64,000 nt of DNA, taken from IMG/VR virus record IMGVR_UViG_3300025322_000014; one strand, given 5' to 3'. A program made the position numbers and the translations under genes. This document shows, in pieces, positions 54,912 to 64,000 of this stretch. Source of the DNA: an uncultured virus (IMG/VR IMGVR_UViG_3300025322_000014). Taxonomy: Duplodnaviria > Heunggongvirae > Uroviricota > Caudoviricetes. The notes beneath the pieces were generated by a model. The model did no database searches and was not told where the DNA came from. It saw only the letters and a list, made by a program, of their open reading frames with translations. The first letter of the stretch is position 1, and each line of letters opens with the position of its first letter.

Positions 54912-55955
54912 TTAGACCGAAGTCGTAAAGACAGCCTGTCGGCGGCGATCAAAGCATAAGAAATTGTAGCTGAGATCGAGAAATACCTGCCAAACGTTAT
55001 GTTGGTTGGGCGCCTTTGTGGCCTCGCTCTCTCGCAAATAATCACCTTTGAGGCAAACGGGCATAAAAGCACTGTGGTCGATCATGTAGACCGGCCCATC
55101 GCTACGCGAATCCAGTTTCGGGATCCAGATGATCGGATGCTTGCGGAAGAGCATCTGCCCGTCCATCGCGGCGATGTCGCGGCCCAAATTCTCGTTCTGC
55201 CCTTCGCCAACGTCCTCGATCGAGAGAATCACGGACTCGGGAACGTAGATCCGATATCGCTCGCCCATCGAGCCGCGGTAGTCCTGTTCCGTCACCGGGC
55301 TCTTGAAGCGAATCTTCCGGTGCGCGGTTCGCATCTTCGAGATCAGATCCGACTTCGTTACACTGGTATAAACAGCCGTGTAGTTCTTGAAGTTCGGGCT
55401 GTCGGTCAAATCGACACCGCCGATCGTCGCGTGGCTGCCAGGCAGGCCGCCGTTGAAACCAGTCGTGGCGTTCTCAACAACCCAATACTGAATCGAATAA
55501 GGCAAAATCTTGTCGGTCGTGCCCGGAGCCGCGCCCCACGCGCGGTCTTCCAGCTCCTCAACGAGTCCCAACAGAGCAGCTGCCCGGCGGGGTTTGATAA
55601 CGTTCAATACGAGGCTTTTGCCGCGGTTCATCAGGATGTCAGTCTGATAGATCAGGGCCCACGATGTCTGCGCGTGGCGCCACGGAATCTGGATCTGATC
55701 CAGGACATCGGGGATGTTAACTTGGTCGGTGTCCATGAGCCCGACGTGCTTGGCGCTGGTGCTGTCCAGCTTGCTCATCAGCGTACGCTGGATACCAATT
55801 CCAGAGTCAAACATCACCTTGTCTTTCTTGAACCACTTCGAGAAAACCTCGTAGTAGGGGAGAGACTGGGCGATTTGCTGAAACCGCAGCGGTCCCAGAT
55901 CGTAAAGAGTAGCTGCCACAAGGTCGGCAATGTCGGTCGCGGTCAAAGCTGCCAC
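54912..55955 (-). CDS. Major capsid protein
   Basis: 347 aa, GTG start with AAGGA RBS, strong codon bias, HK97-like layout ending RRRQAVF. Confidence 0.85.
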   Translation of the reverse strand: MAALTATDIADLVAATLYDLGPLRFQQIAQSLPYYEVFSKWFKKDKVMFDSGIGIQRTLMSKLDSTSAKHVGLMDTDQVNIPDVLDQIQIPWRHAQTSWALIYQTDILMNRGKSLVLNVIKPRRAAALLGLVEELEDRAWGAAPGTTDKILPYSIQYWVVENATTGFNGGLPGSHATIGGVDLTDSPNFKNYTAVYTSVTKSDLISKMRTAHRKIRFKSPVTEQDYRGSMGERYRIYVPESVILSIEDVGEGQNENLGRDIAAMDGQMLFRKHPIIWIPKLDSRSDGPVYMIDHSAFMPVCLKGDYLRESEATKAPNQHNVWQVFLDLSYNFLCFDRRRQAVFTTSV

Positions 55956-56145
55956 GGAAGTGTTCCTTCAGATTGTATTGTTACCGCCAATTTACTTGGC
56001 GCAAGGTCAACCAAAAATGACTACCAGCCTTCAACCCGCCACAAGACTTCGGCGACTGCATCGCACATTGCGGAAAAACACCGGCAAACGGGGATAGCCT
56101 GTTGTATAATTATTCGGGTTTGGACGCTAAAAGACAACGTTGCTT

Positions 56146-56982
56146 TTACTGACCCGAGTACGATGTATTTGAATACGTAGCATCGTTGTAGAAGATGCCG
56201 TTCAAACGTCGCAATTTTGAGCGTCCAAAAGTATCCAACGCTAAATTTCCGTTGTATCCCAGCACATGTGCATTTCTCTGCCTATCGCGAACAATATTTC
56301 CGGCCAGCTTCTGCATGAAAACCTGAAATAGCGGGCCCTGCATTCCAATTTTGCGAAGCTCGGCGACCGCCATGCATGAAGCCAGGATCCCTGGACCATG
56401 AACTTGCCCGCCCAGCGGGAAAGGCGCATCCTCCGTCAGTCGCTGCGCGTGGGCTTGGTAGCGGAGTGCCATACGGTACTGAGCATCCGGGGTCGGGTGC
56501 AGCACAAGAATCAATGTCTGTTTCTCGGTCCCGGCGGAATCCATCGGTTCGATCGCAAAATATTCTGGCGGCGACGTAAATGATGTGCGGGCTTCGAGAG
56601 CCAGGAGCCGCGACGGGCTCGCGTGCTTCGCCGTTGGAAAGGCATTGTCGGTATCGAGGTACACCAGATCTCCGATGGGCCGGTCGAATGTCGACGGCAG
56701 CGCATACCGTCGTTCATCCGCTTCGGTGGTAAACTCCCAGGTCGGTCGCATAAAAGACCATTCGTGAACATCACCTTCTACGATCGTATATGGCGGTTGC
56801 AGCGGCGGAGGAAAGTAGTACGACCTTAAACCTTCGTCGATAACCTCTTGAACAGTTTGCTCAGTCTCGTCATTCCAGTCTGCGTGATTGATACCAAAAC
56901 CGAGGTATCCACCAATCTGCCGACGAAGGTAGTAAAAATCGATTTCGAGCGAATCTGCGCGATTTGCAATTGGCCAAGGCAT
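56146..56982 (-). CDS. Second head-tail adaptor-like protein (paralog of 48277..48981)
   Basis: LRR....LG, LR.YY.PP, EWSFMR, Y.LP..F, P.YFA, HPTP, PLGG..HG. Confidence 0.75.
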   Translation of the reverse strand: MPWPIANRADSLEIDFYYLRRQIGGYLGFGINHADWNDETEQTVQEVIDEGLRSYYFPPPLQPPYTIVEGDVHEWSFMRPTWEFTTEADERRYALPSTFDRPIGDLVYLDTDNAFPTAKHASPSRLLALEARTSFTSPPEYFAIEPMDSAGTEKQTLILVLHPTPDAQYRMALRYQAHAQRLTEDAPFPLGGQVHGPGILASCMAVAELRKIGMQGPLFQVFMQKLAGNIVRDRQRNAHVLGYNGNLALDTFGRSKLRRLNGIFYNDATYSNTSYSGQ

Positions 56983-56994
56983 GTTCGCACTTTC

Positions 56995-57741
56995 CTACGT
57001 AATAGTTGTCCAGGACAGGCCCCACTTCGTCCCTAAGGCACTGCCGATTTCATTCTCTTCTGTCGTTGTTAGCACGCGATCGAATCTTGCGTACTCACCA
57101 ATGGCCCCGTCCGTAGCTTGTGTGCCCGCGGCCAGAGAGAGCAACGTTACCGCGGCATCCGTGCCAGTCCCGGCGTTTCCCGAAGCAACCGCTACGCCGC
57201 CGTTGACGTAAAGCAATGAGGCAGTCGAATTGAATTCGGCCAACCAAATCTCAAGCGTGTTCGCGGTGTACGTGCCGTCAGCGAGCTGCGTGCCCGCGCG
57301 TATGAACCTCGCATCAGCGGCGGTAATCCCTAGTCGACTCTGCGAGGCACCGGAGAAGTGCCGAACCGTGCTGCCTTCAGGCGCTTTCACAACAATGAAA
57401 ATCGTCTTCGGGTCCGGTGATAAGAGTGAGCCAGTGGCTAAAAACGCAGCGGCGTTGCCCTGAATCCCCGTTAGGCTCCCAGCCAGCGTTGTTACGGCAG
57501 GTTGCAGCGACGTATTGGCCTGCACGGCATGGTTGCCATTCCCGGTTTGATCCGTCACTGAGGTCACCAAACTGTTGACGACCGTCATGTGGTTTTCGGT
57601 GCTGGCGGACATGTCGTATCGAAACACAAGGCCAGGATAATCCCCCCACGAAAACTCTGGACCGCCACCATCCGCACCGCCCTGCGGGTTGATCGCCGAG
57701 AGGCCGCTAAGACCGGATGCGAGTGGCTTGGTTAGAGACAT
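56995..57741 (-). CDS. Concanavalin/LamG-like virion accessory protein
   Basis: DQTGNGNHAVQA...QP; GAIGE...FDRVLT..E.....L..KWG. Confidence 0.7.
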   Translation of the reverse strand: MSLTKPLASGLSGLSAINPQGGADGGGPEFSWGDYPGLVFRYDMSASTENHMTVVNSLVTSVTDQTGNGNHAVQANTSLQPAVTTLAGSLTGIQGNAAAFLATGSLLSPDPKTIFIVVKAPEGSTVRHFSGASQSRLGITAADARFIRAGTQLADGTYTANTLEIWLAEFNSTASLLYVNGGVAVASGNAGTGTDAAVTLLSLAAGTQATDGAIGEYARFDRVLTTTEENEIGSALGTKWGLSWTTIT

Positions 57742-57744
57742 CGT

Positions 57745-58080
57745 CTATCTTTTTTGCACCGTTAATTTTTTTGTGGCCGTGCCATCGAGCAACGTAATAG
57801 TGACCGCGGCGCTAATAGGCACAACTATTCCGCGATCTCCAAACATAATTTGCCCAGGACCGCTGGCTGTAATATCCGCCGCGAGCAGAGTTGTATTATT
57901 GGTGGAGTCTACGATTGTCAGGCCACCACTGGTCGGCGCAGTTGCATAAGACCACGTAATCCAGTCCAAAACATTGTACTCGTTAGCGACGGCATTGATA
58001 GTGATAACTGAATTTGAACCGCTTGCAGCAGTGTTGTAATCAGTATCTTGCAACGCCATCGTGTCTGGAAGGCCGCGCAT
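57745..58080 (-). CDS. Small beta-sandwich virion protein, paralog of 60980..61315
   Basis: MRGLPDT..YNTAASG.NSV..DWI.WSY..PTSG..DSTNNTTL. Confidence 0.8.
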   Translation of the reverse strand: MRGLPDTMALQDTDYNTAASGSNSVITINAVANEYNVLDWITWSYATAPTSGGLTIVDSTNNTTLLAADITASGPGQIMFGDRGIVVPISAAVTITLLDGTATKKLTVQKR

Positions 58081-58081
58081 T

Positions 58082-59134
58082 TTATCTCGTTCTCCATAAA
58101 GCCCTGCGAAGCAGGAATTGATATTTTCTCAACTGAGCACCGCTGAAAGTTAAATTGGCCGGTTTTCCGCTAATTGAATACGCACCAGAACCTGCGGAAA
58201 GCAATCGACCAAATTTAGGAGTAGCGGCAGTTCCGGTAACTGAAAAAGATCCTGAGTTTGCAGCAAGCTTGCGACCAAACAATACGTCGGCCGAGGAGCC
58301 AGTTACACTAAATGAGCCTGAACCGGCCGAAAGCAAACGACCAAATTTTAAGGTTGCGGCGGTGCCTGTTAATGAATATGAACCGGAGTCCGCCGCAATA
58401 CTAAACGTGCCGGCTGCAGCGTTCCGCTTTAATGTTTTACGCCTCGGCAGGATGATGCCGGTCGGGTTGCTGTAGATGTCCCAGACTTCGCTGTCCGTGA
58501 GGGCACGGGAATACACACGTACATCGCTGATGGCGCCTTGCGTTCGTGTAAATCCGGCTATATTCCCCATATAGGCTGCTACTGCAGAGTGATCCCCAGG
58601 GGCACCCAAAGCCGCTGATTGATCTGGTTTTCCATTGATGTATAGACGACCAGCCGTGTCTCGTCTTAAGGCAAAATGGTAGTGCAATCCCGTTGTAAAT
58701 GTACCGACACCAGTGATAGTTGCAAAGCCGCCTCCTGAATAGGTTCGCGCGTATAGTACATTTGCAGTGGTTGCACCGAAACGAATTCCATTTGTGGCAT
58801 CATCCTTTCCGAATAAATCATGGAAAATTCCAGTCTGTGCTGGTTTGAAAAACAACGAAATTGTAAACTCTGACCAATTGCCTAACCTCGTTCCGAGATT
58901 GACATAATCATTCGATCCATCAAAATCCAACGCCATACCATGGTGGCCGTCGACCCAATCCGTGGGTGGGTCCATGCTGGTGAGGGTGCCGTGGTTCCGG
59001 TAAAGCGACGAGTCGAAGCAGAGCGTGCTGCCTGGGTGCTGGCCAGCAAACCAGAACGCGAGTTCCTTGCCCTGGCCGTCACGGTCAATGTCGTCCAGGT
59101 CGAAGTCTTCTGGGAATTGTTCGTAGAATGCCAT
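58082..59134 (-). CDS. LamG-domain protein with Ser/Gly repeats
   Basis: DSS...NHGTL, ALDFDGSNDYV, LYING, G.ISDVRVYSRALT..EV; C-terminal SGSFS.TG repeats. Confidence 0.85.
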   Translation of the reverse strand: MAFYEQFPEDFDLDDIDRDGQGKELAFWFAGQHPGSTLCFDSSLYRNHGTLTSMDPPTDWVDGHHGMALDFDGSNDYVNLGTRLGNWSEFTISLFFKPAQTGIFHDLFGKDDATNGIRFGATTANVLYARTYSGGGFATITGVGTFTTGLHYHFALRRDTAGRLYINGKPDQSAALGAPGDHSAVAAYMGNIAGFTRTQGAISDVRVYSRALTDSEVWDIYSNPTGIILPRRKTLKRNAAAGTFSIAADSGSYSLTGTAATLKFGRLLSAGSGSFSVTGSSADVLFGRKLAANSGSFSVTGTAATPKFGRLLSAGSGAYSISGKPANLTFSGAQLRKYQFLLRRALWRTR

Positions 59135-59139
59135 TTATA

Positions 59140-59700
59140 CTAAGAGGCTGCCACATCATCGACGTTCGGAATTAAAGCCACATACATCTCGACCGCGTCA
59201 GCAATGAACGCTTGACCGCAATCATTTTTAATTACAACTTGGCCATATCTAGACGGTGGGAAAAAACGGCTGCGAAGAAGAGCAACCTGCGGTATTGCAT
59301 CGGCGGTCATTGCCATTACCCCGAGAAATATCAATTGACGTTTGAACTCGTCGATATCCGCCTCGGCACCGCCACCTGGGACCCAAGCAGCGTCCGCACC
59401 CGTCACCGACGTGCCGCCGTCGTTGCCTGTCCCCGCCGTAGTCACAAAAGACGAAGACCAGTAAAATTCCACACGATTCCCGGCTGTTGGTGCCACACCG
59501 GGCTCGATACACGCTTTGACGGCGTAACTGCCGGCCCTGTTAGCAGTCAAATCGGCCTTTGCACCTTGTCTCGCGGCGCCATCAGCAATACTTGTGAGAT
59601 CAAGTTGATGAGTCCTTGTTATACCGCTAGCCGTGCTGCTGTAGTCCGTGGTGTCCGCCCAGCAAATCGGCGTACCCATTTCAACTGTTACGTCTGCCAT
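59140..59700 (-). CDS. Hypothetical virion protein
   Basis: 186 aa in structural operon. Confidence 0.7.
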   Translation of the reverse strand: MADVTVEMGTPICWADTTDYSSTASGITRTHQLDLTSIADGAARQGAKADLTANRAGSYAVKACIEPGVAPTAGNRVEFYWSSSFVTTAGTGNDGGTSVTGADAAWVPGGGAEADIDEFKRQLIFLGVMAMTADAIPQVALLRSRFFPPSRYGQVVIKNDCGQAFIADAVEMYVALIPNVDDVAAS

Positions 59701-60002
59701 TATACAATCCCTCCGGTGACTAGAGCCTCTACGGCAGTATTGACCTGCGACTGCACTGCGGAATCAGACGCGCCGTTGATTTGGGCCGTAGACAAATCTT
59801 TGTTGGCAGCCAGTATGTAATTCATCAACTCATCAGCTTCGTGCAAAGGGTTGGCGAATGTGTTGCTGGCCCACGTCAACTGATTAAGTGTGGGAGTTGC
59901 TCCGACAACATACGCCTGCGCTTTAATAACCGCCGCTACGGCGAGTTTATTGCGCAGGGCGGTATTTGTACGCAAATTAAACAGCTCTTCATAGGTTGCC
60001 AT
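59700..60002 (-). CDS. Hypothetical protein
   Basis: 100 aa, TAATG coupling. Confidence 0.7.
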   Translation of the reverse strand: MATYEELFNLRTNTALRNKLAVAAVIKAQAYVVGATPTLNQLTWASNTFANPLHEADELMNYILAANKDLSTAQINGASDSAVQSQVNTAVEALVTGGIV

Positions 60003-60251
60003 CTGTCTTTAGCCTTTTCTACCGCTTAACGGCGGCTACGCAATTACGTGGTGACCATCATAGCCCGCATATTGCCGGCCTCAGCCCGCATCCAATAGTG
60101 TTTATTACCACACACAGAACACTTTCGGACGGCCTTGAACTCCTGTTCCTCCACAACTATTAAGTTGTTGAAGTCACGGCAGCAAGCGTACATATCCGGT
60201 TGCCGGCGCAACGAATTATTCCACCGCAAAATAGAACAAAAATCCATGGCA

Positions 60252-60539
60252 CTACTTTCCAGTTAAGAAGTTCCAAGTTCTCTTATACCACGGTGGTCTT
60301 TCTGCCTCGGCCTCATTGGCAACCCTAAGGGCTCGAACATCTTTAAGCAATATCCACACTTCGTCCATAACTCGATCAGGATATCGTGGGCAATCGAAAG
60401 CCCCAGACGGAACAGTTTTTTCTGCGTAGAAAGCTCCACTACGGACAAAAATCTTGTGTTCCTCGACGCCAGACGGCGGCTGGTCGATCGAAAATCTTTC
60501 ATCTTGGCCAAGCGAAGATACTAAATTCTCGTAGATCAT
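60252..60539 (-). CDS. Hypothetical protein
   Basis: AAGGA RBS. Confidence 0.55.
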   Translation of the reverse strand: MIYENLVSSLGQDERFSIDQPPSGVEEHKIFVRSGAFYAEKTVPSGAFDCPRYPDRVMDEVWILLKDVRALRVANEAEAERPPWYKRTWNFLTGK

Positions 60540-60549
60540 AAAAATATCC

Positions 60550-60975
60550 TTAAGCCAGCGTAAGAACACTTGCACCAAAATCAACTGTAAACGTCTCGGG
60601 TGCGGAAGGGGTTACTGAAGATCCGTAATCCCACCAACCAATCAGCGGATCGGCCGGCGAAGTGGGAGTGTCGTTGTACAGAACAATGTATCGCAGCGGA
60701 CCAAATGTCCCGCCGGAGGCCGTCCAAACAACATCCGTTCCCACGAGGGTCGCTGTCCCGCCGGTTTCCGACCAATCATTAGCAATGTCAGTCCCTCCGG
60801 ACGGATATCCGTTTTCCGCCGTTATTTCCGCCAAATCTACCTTAACGGTATCCAAGGAAGCGCTGGGTGTGGCGTTAGATGCATAGACCTTTAGGGTATG
60901 ACCGGCAGCCTGTAGTTGATGCGTTCCAAGGCCTAACTGCTCAGCAAAGTCGTTGAATTTATTAAAAGCAACCAT
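60550..60975 (-). CDS. Conserved phage virion accessory protein
   Basis: FNKFN.F, EI...NGY..GG, W.ASGG.FGP.RY.VLYNDT..DPLIGWWDYG. Confidence 0.75.
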   Translation of the reverse strand: MVAFNKFNDFAEQLGLGTHQLQAAGHTLKVYASNATPSASLDTVKVDLAEITAENGYPSGGTDIANDWSETGGTATLVGTDVVWTASGGTFGPLRYIVLYNDTPTSPADPLIGWWDYGSSVTPSAPETFTVDFGASVLTLA

Positions 60976-60979
60976 GATG

Positions 60980-61315
60980 TTACCTATATTGAACAGTGAG
61001 ATGTTTGCCTGCACCGCCATCAGCAAGGGTGAATGTAGTGATTGTGTTTTGCGGTGTAACCATGCCACGTTCACTAAAAAAAGTACCACCAGGTCCGTCG
61101 GTAGTAATAGACCATTTCGCTAACGTCGTGTTGTTTGTCGAGTCTGTAACCGTTAGACTGCCAGACGTTGGTGTTGCATCATATGACCAAATAATCCAAT
61201 CGATCACATTATAACCGTCAGCAATCGCTGCAAGCGTTACTACTGAATTACCACCACTGGCTGCAGTATTGTAACTCGTAACTTGCTTCGCTGCTGTATC
61301 TGGTAATCCGCGCAT
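60980..61315 (-). CDS. Small beta-sandwich virion protein, paralog of 57745..58080
   Basis: Same length (111 aa) and motifs. Confidence 0.8.
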   Translation of the reverse strand: MRGLPDTAAKQVTSYNTAASGGNSVVTLAAIADGYNVIDWIIWSYDATPTSGSLTVTDSTNNTTLAKWSITTDGPGGTFFSERGMVTPQNTITTFTLADGGAGKHLTVQYR

Positions 61316-61327
61316 TACTTCTCTCCT

Positions 61328-62446
61328 TTAGATGACCTCAAGATCTTCTGAATCTTGGTCTATGGTCGCACGATTCTTCTTGAAGAAATTCTCGGCGGCA
61401 TGAATAGCCCGCTCCTCGCCGGTCATTTGTTTGCTGCGTCTGTGAGTCGGTCTTTCGGTGACCAATCGCTGGCGCTTTGCAGCATCCGCGATGACTTCGC
61501 GACGAACGGCTTGCTTTTGTGCCTCTGGAAATGCCACTCGGAGAGCACGCGACAATAAATCTTTCCGCCCAAGATCTGGCTGATTATAAGCGCGGCGACC
61601 CGCTTCCATTTGCGACGCTATGCGATCCAAATGAACTCTATTCTGCAAGGCAAGACTGTTGACTGGCAGGGAATACCCGTCGCCGGACCCAAGGATAGGT
61701 TTCCACGTGTCTCCTAACTCTGACACGAATCCATCGAATTCTTGAACATATCGCTGCTGCTGCTCAACCTGCGTTTGCCGCGCCATCAGAGACAAAGCTT
61801 CGGCATGTTGCTGCAAAGCTTTATCCCGCTCTGCCAGTTGCTGCTGGAATCGCTTGCTGATTTCCATTGCGACCTGGCGCGTGTCTTCGTCCCAGTCTTT
61901 GCCGAAATCATCTTCTAGGAAACCAGTCTTTTCTTTGCTGCCTGTCTCAGCCTGCCGTTCGGGAGCCGCGGGAATCACCGCCGGCGGCGTATACTGATAG
62001 GTCTGCCCCGCCTGAACAAAGCGCGCGTCCATGGATCGCACTTGAGTTTCGAGAGCCTCGGGGGTCAGAAATTGTTCCTTAGCTTCACTAGCCGTCAGCC
62101 CAGCGGCGTTCAGCAAGTCAATGGGAAACTCTGGCTCCGCGGCTGCTGATCCATCGCCCTCATCGTCATCACCGCCTTCGGCTGGCACAGCCGAGGCGTC
62201 TGTATCGTCGTCCCCGCCACCATCCGCCTGATCTTGAACCACATCGTCTGCAATGGGCGGCTCTGAATCGTCCTCCTGCGCGGCGGGCGGAGCACCAGCG
62301 CGGGCTAGAACCTCGGGTGCAAACGTGCCTTCCGTGTCATCATATTGTGATGCATCGGTCGCCGGCGCAAACTCTGGCTGCGGCAGCGGCTTGATGGCGT
62401 CGGTGTTCGTCGTTCCGAAAGCGTTGTCCTTACTTTTCTTGGCCAC
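61328..62446 (-). CDS. Putative capsid scaffolding protein
   Basis: AGGAG RBS + GTG; acidic disordered N-half and coiled-coil C-half; near portal. Confidence 0.65.
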   Translation of the reverse strand: MAKKSKDNAFGTTNTDAIKPLPQPEFAPATDASQYDDTEGTFAPEVLARAGAPPAAQEDDSEPPIADDVVQDQADGGGDDDTDASAVPAEGGDDDEGDGSAAAEPEFPIDLLNAAGLTASEAKEQFLTPEALETQVRSMDARFVQAGQTYQYTPPAVIPAAPERQAETGSKEKTGFLEDDFGKDWDEDTRQVAMEISKRFQQQLAERDKALQQHAEALSLMARQTQVEQQQRYVQEFDGFVSELGDTWKPILGSGDGYSLPVNSLALQNRVHLDRIASQMEAGRRAYNQPDLGRKDLLSRALRVAFPEAQKQAVRREVIADAAKRQRLVTERPTHRRSKQMTGEERAIHAAENFFKKNRATIDQDSEDLEVI

Positions 62447-62459
62447 AAAGTTCTCCTGA

Positions 62460-62858
62460 TTAAGTGTCGAAATCACCACGATCAACCGCGCGACGTAGTT
62501 CAGCTCTTTTGGTTGCCGGCTGTCTGCCTGAAAGGATTTGATTCCCTTCGTAATCACGCACGTTATAGCCATCTCTCCCGGTTCGTAGCCCCGAGGCCCG
62601 AGAAATATCTTGGAATTGCTTATCGCTCGTTACTATACATCGCCCGGCGTTATCAAAATCAGCCGCCACTCCGTGAGCGCGAAGATGGGCCATAGCTCGC
62701 GGCACATCCGCCGGATCCACGCCGAGCGCATCGCTATGATGTGCTTTCACCCACGCACCTGCGTTGCGGACCTGCACATGCTCGCGCAGCGGCGTTTGGG
62801 GGTAAGCAGTTAGCTGCGTATGAATTGCTTTGCGAATATCATCGGTCAAAATTGTCAT
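62460..62858 (-). CDS. Hypothetical protein
   Basis: SDALGV.P..V...LR.HGV..DF...G motif between portal and scaffold. Confidence 0.7.
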   Translation of the reverse strand: MTILTDDIRKAIHTQLTAYPQTPLREHVQVRNAGAWVKAHHSDALGVDPADVPRAMAHLRAHGVAADFDNAGRCIVTSDKQFQDISRASGLRTGRDGYNVRDYEGNQILSGRQPATKRAELRRAVDRGDFDT

Positions 62859-64000
62859 GCTACCTTTTCCCTGCCGGCTATCATTAACGCGGAAATGTTT
62901 TTCTTTGTCCGCTCCTCAGCACCTTGCGTGGAGCGGCTTTCTCTAATGTAGCTACGTGTTGTTGACGGACTCTGCAGAGGCCTGCGCCCAGGAGTCTGTG
63001 GCATCATTTGATCTTGACCTTGAAACGCCATCTCAGACGAAATCAGCTCGATAATCTCTGGGAGGTCGGAATATTTCGCTATCAATTCAACCAACTTTTT
63101 CAAATTCAACGACATTCCCCAAGCACCCATCATCGGCGCTAGCGGCAGGAAAACCTGAGTTGCCAGTTGCATAATAGTGCCGAGTCGCTGCTCTGGGCCT
63201 TTGCTCTTCAAACTGTAAGGCGCGACTCGAAATTGATAGCGGAAGAAATCCTTCTCGTCCAAATCTTCAGCATTCCACTTAAACGGAACCTCTCCGAATC
63301 CCTCGATCTGTTTCGACAAATCCAACTCAAGAAACGGATCAGAATATAGATACCAAGCCAGGTCTTTGATCACATCGGCCGTGAACGTCACAACCTTTGA
63401 TTGCATATCGCGGAGCATCTCTGACGAAGATTGAACAAGCAATTGCTCCTGACCAAGAGTCCCTCCCTGCTGCGATAGCCCACCCATGGCATCCAAATTT
63501 CCAGCCATATACGACATAGTTTCTTTAAGCCATTGAACGAACCCAAAGTTCCCTGGGTCAACCCCGCCGTATTTCATTTCCCTGACGCTGTCAACATGTG
63601 TTGCCTGGATGACTTGTCCATCCTCGGCTTCCATAATCGCCTGTGCTGTCCCATCGGCAACCGCACGCCCGTCGGCGATGGTAAGTGTCTTCTGCCGCTT
63701 CGCCTGTAACCCGATCTGATTTACGAGAACAGTCAGCAGGTCCTGCAGGTCAAACAGATGCTGTGCAGGAGCGGACGGCATAATATTGCCCGGCACTGTA
63801 GAAAGCGCCAGCAAGTGAAATGGACCGTGTTCTGGGCCTTCCCATTCACGCACCAGCAATGGTTGAAGACCTTGCTGCGCGGGTAAAGTTATGAACAAAT
63901 TGTCGCCAGGAATCCAAATATCCCAAAGATCGACGTGTTGACGATATTCTGTTTTTGAAATCGCATTTCCGGCTGTCCAGTCCGAGGTATTTTCTTGCCC
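62855..64000 (-). CDS. Portal protein, C-terminal part (truncated at window edge)
   Basis: Frame open to 64000; GN...MGG.....TLGQEQL pattern and position typical of podoviral portals. Confidence 0.75.
   Translation of the reverse strand, partial: GQENTSDWTAGNAISKTEYRQHVDLWDIWIPGDNLFITLPAQQGLQPLLVREWEGPEHGPFHLLALSTVPGNIMPSAPAQHLFDLQDLLTVLVNQIGLQAKRQKTLTIADGRAVADGTAQAIMEAEDGQVIQATHVDSVREMKYGGVDPGNFGFVQWLKETMSYMAGNLDAMGGLSQQGGTLGQEQLLVQSSSEMLRDMQSKVVTFTADVIKDLAWYLYSDPFLELDLSKQIEGFGEVPFKWNAEDLDEKDFFRYQFRVAPYSLKSKGPEQRLGTIMQLATQVFLPLAPMMGAWGMSLNLKKLVELIAKYSDLPEIIELISSEMAFQGQDQMMPQTPGRRPLQSPSTTRSYIRESRSTQGAEERTKKNISALMIAGREKVA

Noticed and set aside
54999..56180. Long + strand ORFs antisense to capsid and other late genes (also 16483..17403, 41009..42082, 53350..54018)
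   Set aside because: Shadow ORFs caused by codon bias of the real - strand genes
48991..59134. Diversity-generating retroelement acting on fibre or LamG genes
   Set aside because: No reverse transcriptase and no template/variable repeat pair differing only at adenines was seen
1..64000. Prophage or alternative genetic code
   Set aside because: No integrase, att-flanked host genes or repressor seen; long genes are intact in code 11 and all three stop codons are used

Overview
The window looks like most of a dsDNA tailed (podovirus-like) bacteriophage genome, apparently lytic because no integrase or repressor is visible. Positions 1-15.06 kb (+ strand) are an early-type region. It opens with a 25-copy heptamer array and has many small ORFs separated by a recurring C(UNCG)G hairpin. 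It also carries a DUF932 protein, a family A DNA polymerase, GroES, an array of atypical tRNA-like RNAs, a DNA methyltransferase with an in-frame HNH nuclease domain, and tRNA-Tyr. Positions 15.1-64 kb (- strand) run, in transcription order: portal (truncated at the window edge), scaffold, accessory virion genes, adaptor, major capsid, a capsid-associated gene that seems to start at ATT, a second tRNA cluster, tail fibre, a second adaptor, a tail nozzle gene split by an inserted gene, ejection/internal proteins, a membrane/peptidase cassette, a replication-recombination module (exonuclease, AAA ATPase, RecD2-like helicase, ERCC4 nuclease, P4/D5 primase-helicase), a sigma factor and an accessory enzyme cluster. 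Five homing-endonuclease-like ORFs or domains are present. The most unusual signals are an initiator-tRNA-shaped RNA whose anticodon loop is replaced by a 62-nt structured domain, next to a pseudoknotted RNA candidate, plus the HNH-in-methyltransferase fusion and the split nozzle gene. All family calls come from motif recognition by eye, with no database searches.
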